Assembly (NCBI GenBank): GCA_043228905.1
Contig: JBHGNT010000008.1
Span: forward strand, 10,912,001-10,976,000
Direction: 5' to 3'
Length of the DNA: 64,000 bases
Source: Azolla caroliniana
Lineage: Eukaryota > Plantae > Polypodiophyta
Shown here one piece after another: positions 62,340 to 64,000 of this stretch (positions within the stretch are counted from its first letter, which is position 1; the number at the start of each line of letters is the position of its first letter). The position numbers and the translations under genes are program-made. Below the pieces are notes generated by a model that had not been told where the DNA came from, ran no database searches, and saw only the letters and a program-made list of their open reading frames with translations.

Positions 62340-64000
62340 GCGATGTCGATCTTCATCTCTACTGCCTTACGTCGATGGCTCGTGGAGAAACACCTGGATG
62401 GGTACATCCGGGTCGCAGAGGCACCCCCACACCCGGATGCCATGGACATCGCTAGAAAGCTTAACATCGACACAGTCACCAACTCTTCCATCCGGAAAAA
62501 GTTGGACCTGTCATCGCTAGGCGAAAGCCATTTCGAAATCCCTCCTGCAGAGGCGTTGCAGAGATATTTCGGGCCATATTCCTCCTCCACCAAGCCCTAT
62601 AGAACGAAGCAGATCCCGGATCCCTTCTTCCGTGAAATTGCCAAGTTCCTGTTAGAGGTCGGTTGCGTACATGTCAACGCATATGGGATGCCCAAGCAGA
62701 AGGTGGGCATCATTATCGATACCTTTGAAGGGCGTGCGGTCGATTGGGGGGTCATCACAGGGCCGACGTTAAGGGAAGGCTTGCATGCGTATTAGGCAGG
62801 CAAAAAGCTCAGGCCGATCATACAACAGTACCTTACGGTGCTATTCCCACCCCGAGGCCTGTCGGCACCGCAGCCCAGCTGACCCACGCCCCTGCCCCGA
62901 TCCACGAAGCACAAGTTAGCGGAGTTAGCGGCCCTAGAGTGGGAAGAGGAACCCCAACCCGCCTAGCCAGGCACGCGGACAACACCTCCCGCCTAGCCAG
63001 ACACACGAACAACGCAGGAGGAACAGTCGGCACGTTCCGCGGAAGCAGCCCTAGAGCCAGACACCAAAACACGGCAAGATAGCCCCAGACCGAAACGGTG
63101 TAGATTGGACAGGAAAGATGGGAGAGGATTGGTCAAAGACGTCCCCACGGTGGCAGAGACAACGAGCGAAGGCGATGGCTCTGCAGCTACGGAGCCCAAT
63201 ACCACCTTCGAAATCATCTGGGAGCCACGATTGATCATTACGACCCAGTCCCAACGAGGGAAAGTCGTATTGACGGCAGAAAGCGAGGTTTTGGCATATC
63301 TAGATATCCTGGATACGGCCCATGAGTTCAGCGCCCTCTTACAGTTCAGAACATCTTTTGAGCTCATGGAATTCCTGGAAACACAACAGATAAAGGCCTC
63401 CCAACGAATGGCCGAGGAGCACGTAGAGCGCTAGATGATCGAGCGTGCCCTAACACAAACGGCGGAGAGTGACGATGAGGACCAGCTAGCCAGGGTCAAC
63501 AGATAGAGGAATGTCGGGGTACGCCGAGTGGGGATGGAGCTACCCCCATTAAACACAGCCCTAGTCGAAGTCCATAGGGAACTGGAAAAGGTCAGCACGG
63601 GCGCCAAGGAGATGGCCATTAAAAATAAGAATGTCTGGAAGAAGGTGAAAATGACCCAAGCCGAGTTGCAAAAAACCAACGAACGCATTGCGGAGTTGGA
63701 AGCTAACACGACTACGGCGCAACACGCAACTCCGCCACCAAACCACGCCATCGACACTTTGAAGGTAGAAATTGAGGCTCAGACCGCCATCGCCTGAAAA
63801 GCGAAAAGGGTCGTGCAACTAGCGGAATCAGAAATTGACCGCCTTGGAGCTGAACTACGCCAATCCTCAGACAGAGAAAAGGAGATCCGGGCTAACGGCC
63901 AGAAGGCAGTAAAAACCCTTGAAGAGAAACTCGCTACGGAGGTAGCTCAGCACATCCGGACAATTACGGGATGAAGCGAAGAAATCAGAGGCGGCAATCA
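62340..64000 (+). pseudogene. Extra 3' ORF of element J
   Basis: LRRWLVEKHLDGYIRVAEAPPHP...FEGRAVDW aligns with B's KKWLRQHGLEGFLTIMEAPPHR...YEGVKVDW; coiled coil downstream. Confidence 0.75.

Larger units (their letters stand above)
56922..64000 (+). mobile_element. Ty3/Gypsy element J, related to A and B; runs off the right edge
   Basis: 5' LTR 56922-57363 (TGTTG..TAACA, TATATAAAG); PBS; gag with double CCHC; PR, RT (partly deleted), RH, INT; extra 3' ORF. Confidence 0.93.

Overview
Eukaryotic, almost certainly land-plant, heterochromatin made almost entirely of nested, decayed transposons. No intact host gene is visible. Contents: (1) three non-chromovirus Ty3/Gypsy elements with an extra sense ORF after pol (1-2193, 2194-11230, 56922-64000), plus related fragments and a solo LTR; (2) several Ty1/Copia elements, one structurally complete (14699-20036); (3) an RTE-like and an L1-like LINE; (4) two copies of a hAT-type MITE and one Mutator-type MITE; (5) a pol-less LTR element; (6) a chromodomain remnant; (7) a spliced RING-like pseudogene among AGCTAATTAGCT arrays. 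The main finding concerns all three visible 3' LTRs of the TGTTACC-type Gypsy elements (1759, 10788, and 41081 on the minus strand). None has a polypurine tract. Each is instead preceded by a sense copy of the tRNA-Arg 3' end (GTCCCAC..GCGTGCCA, an inverted PBS) exactly 2 nt before the LTR. This sits in a T-arm-like hairpin whose inner stem shows compensatory changes. I infer tRNA- or tRNA-mimic-primed plus-strand synthesis, or PBS/anti-PBS pairing. All alignments were done by eye; no searches were run.
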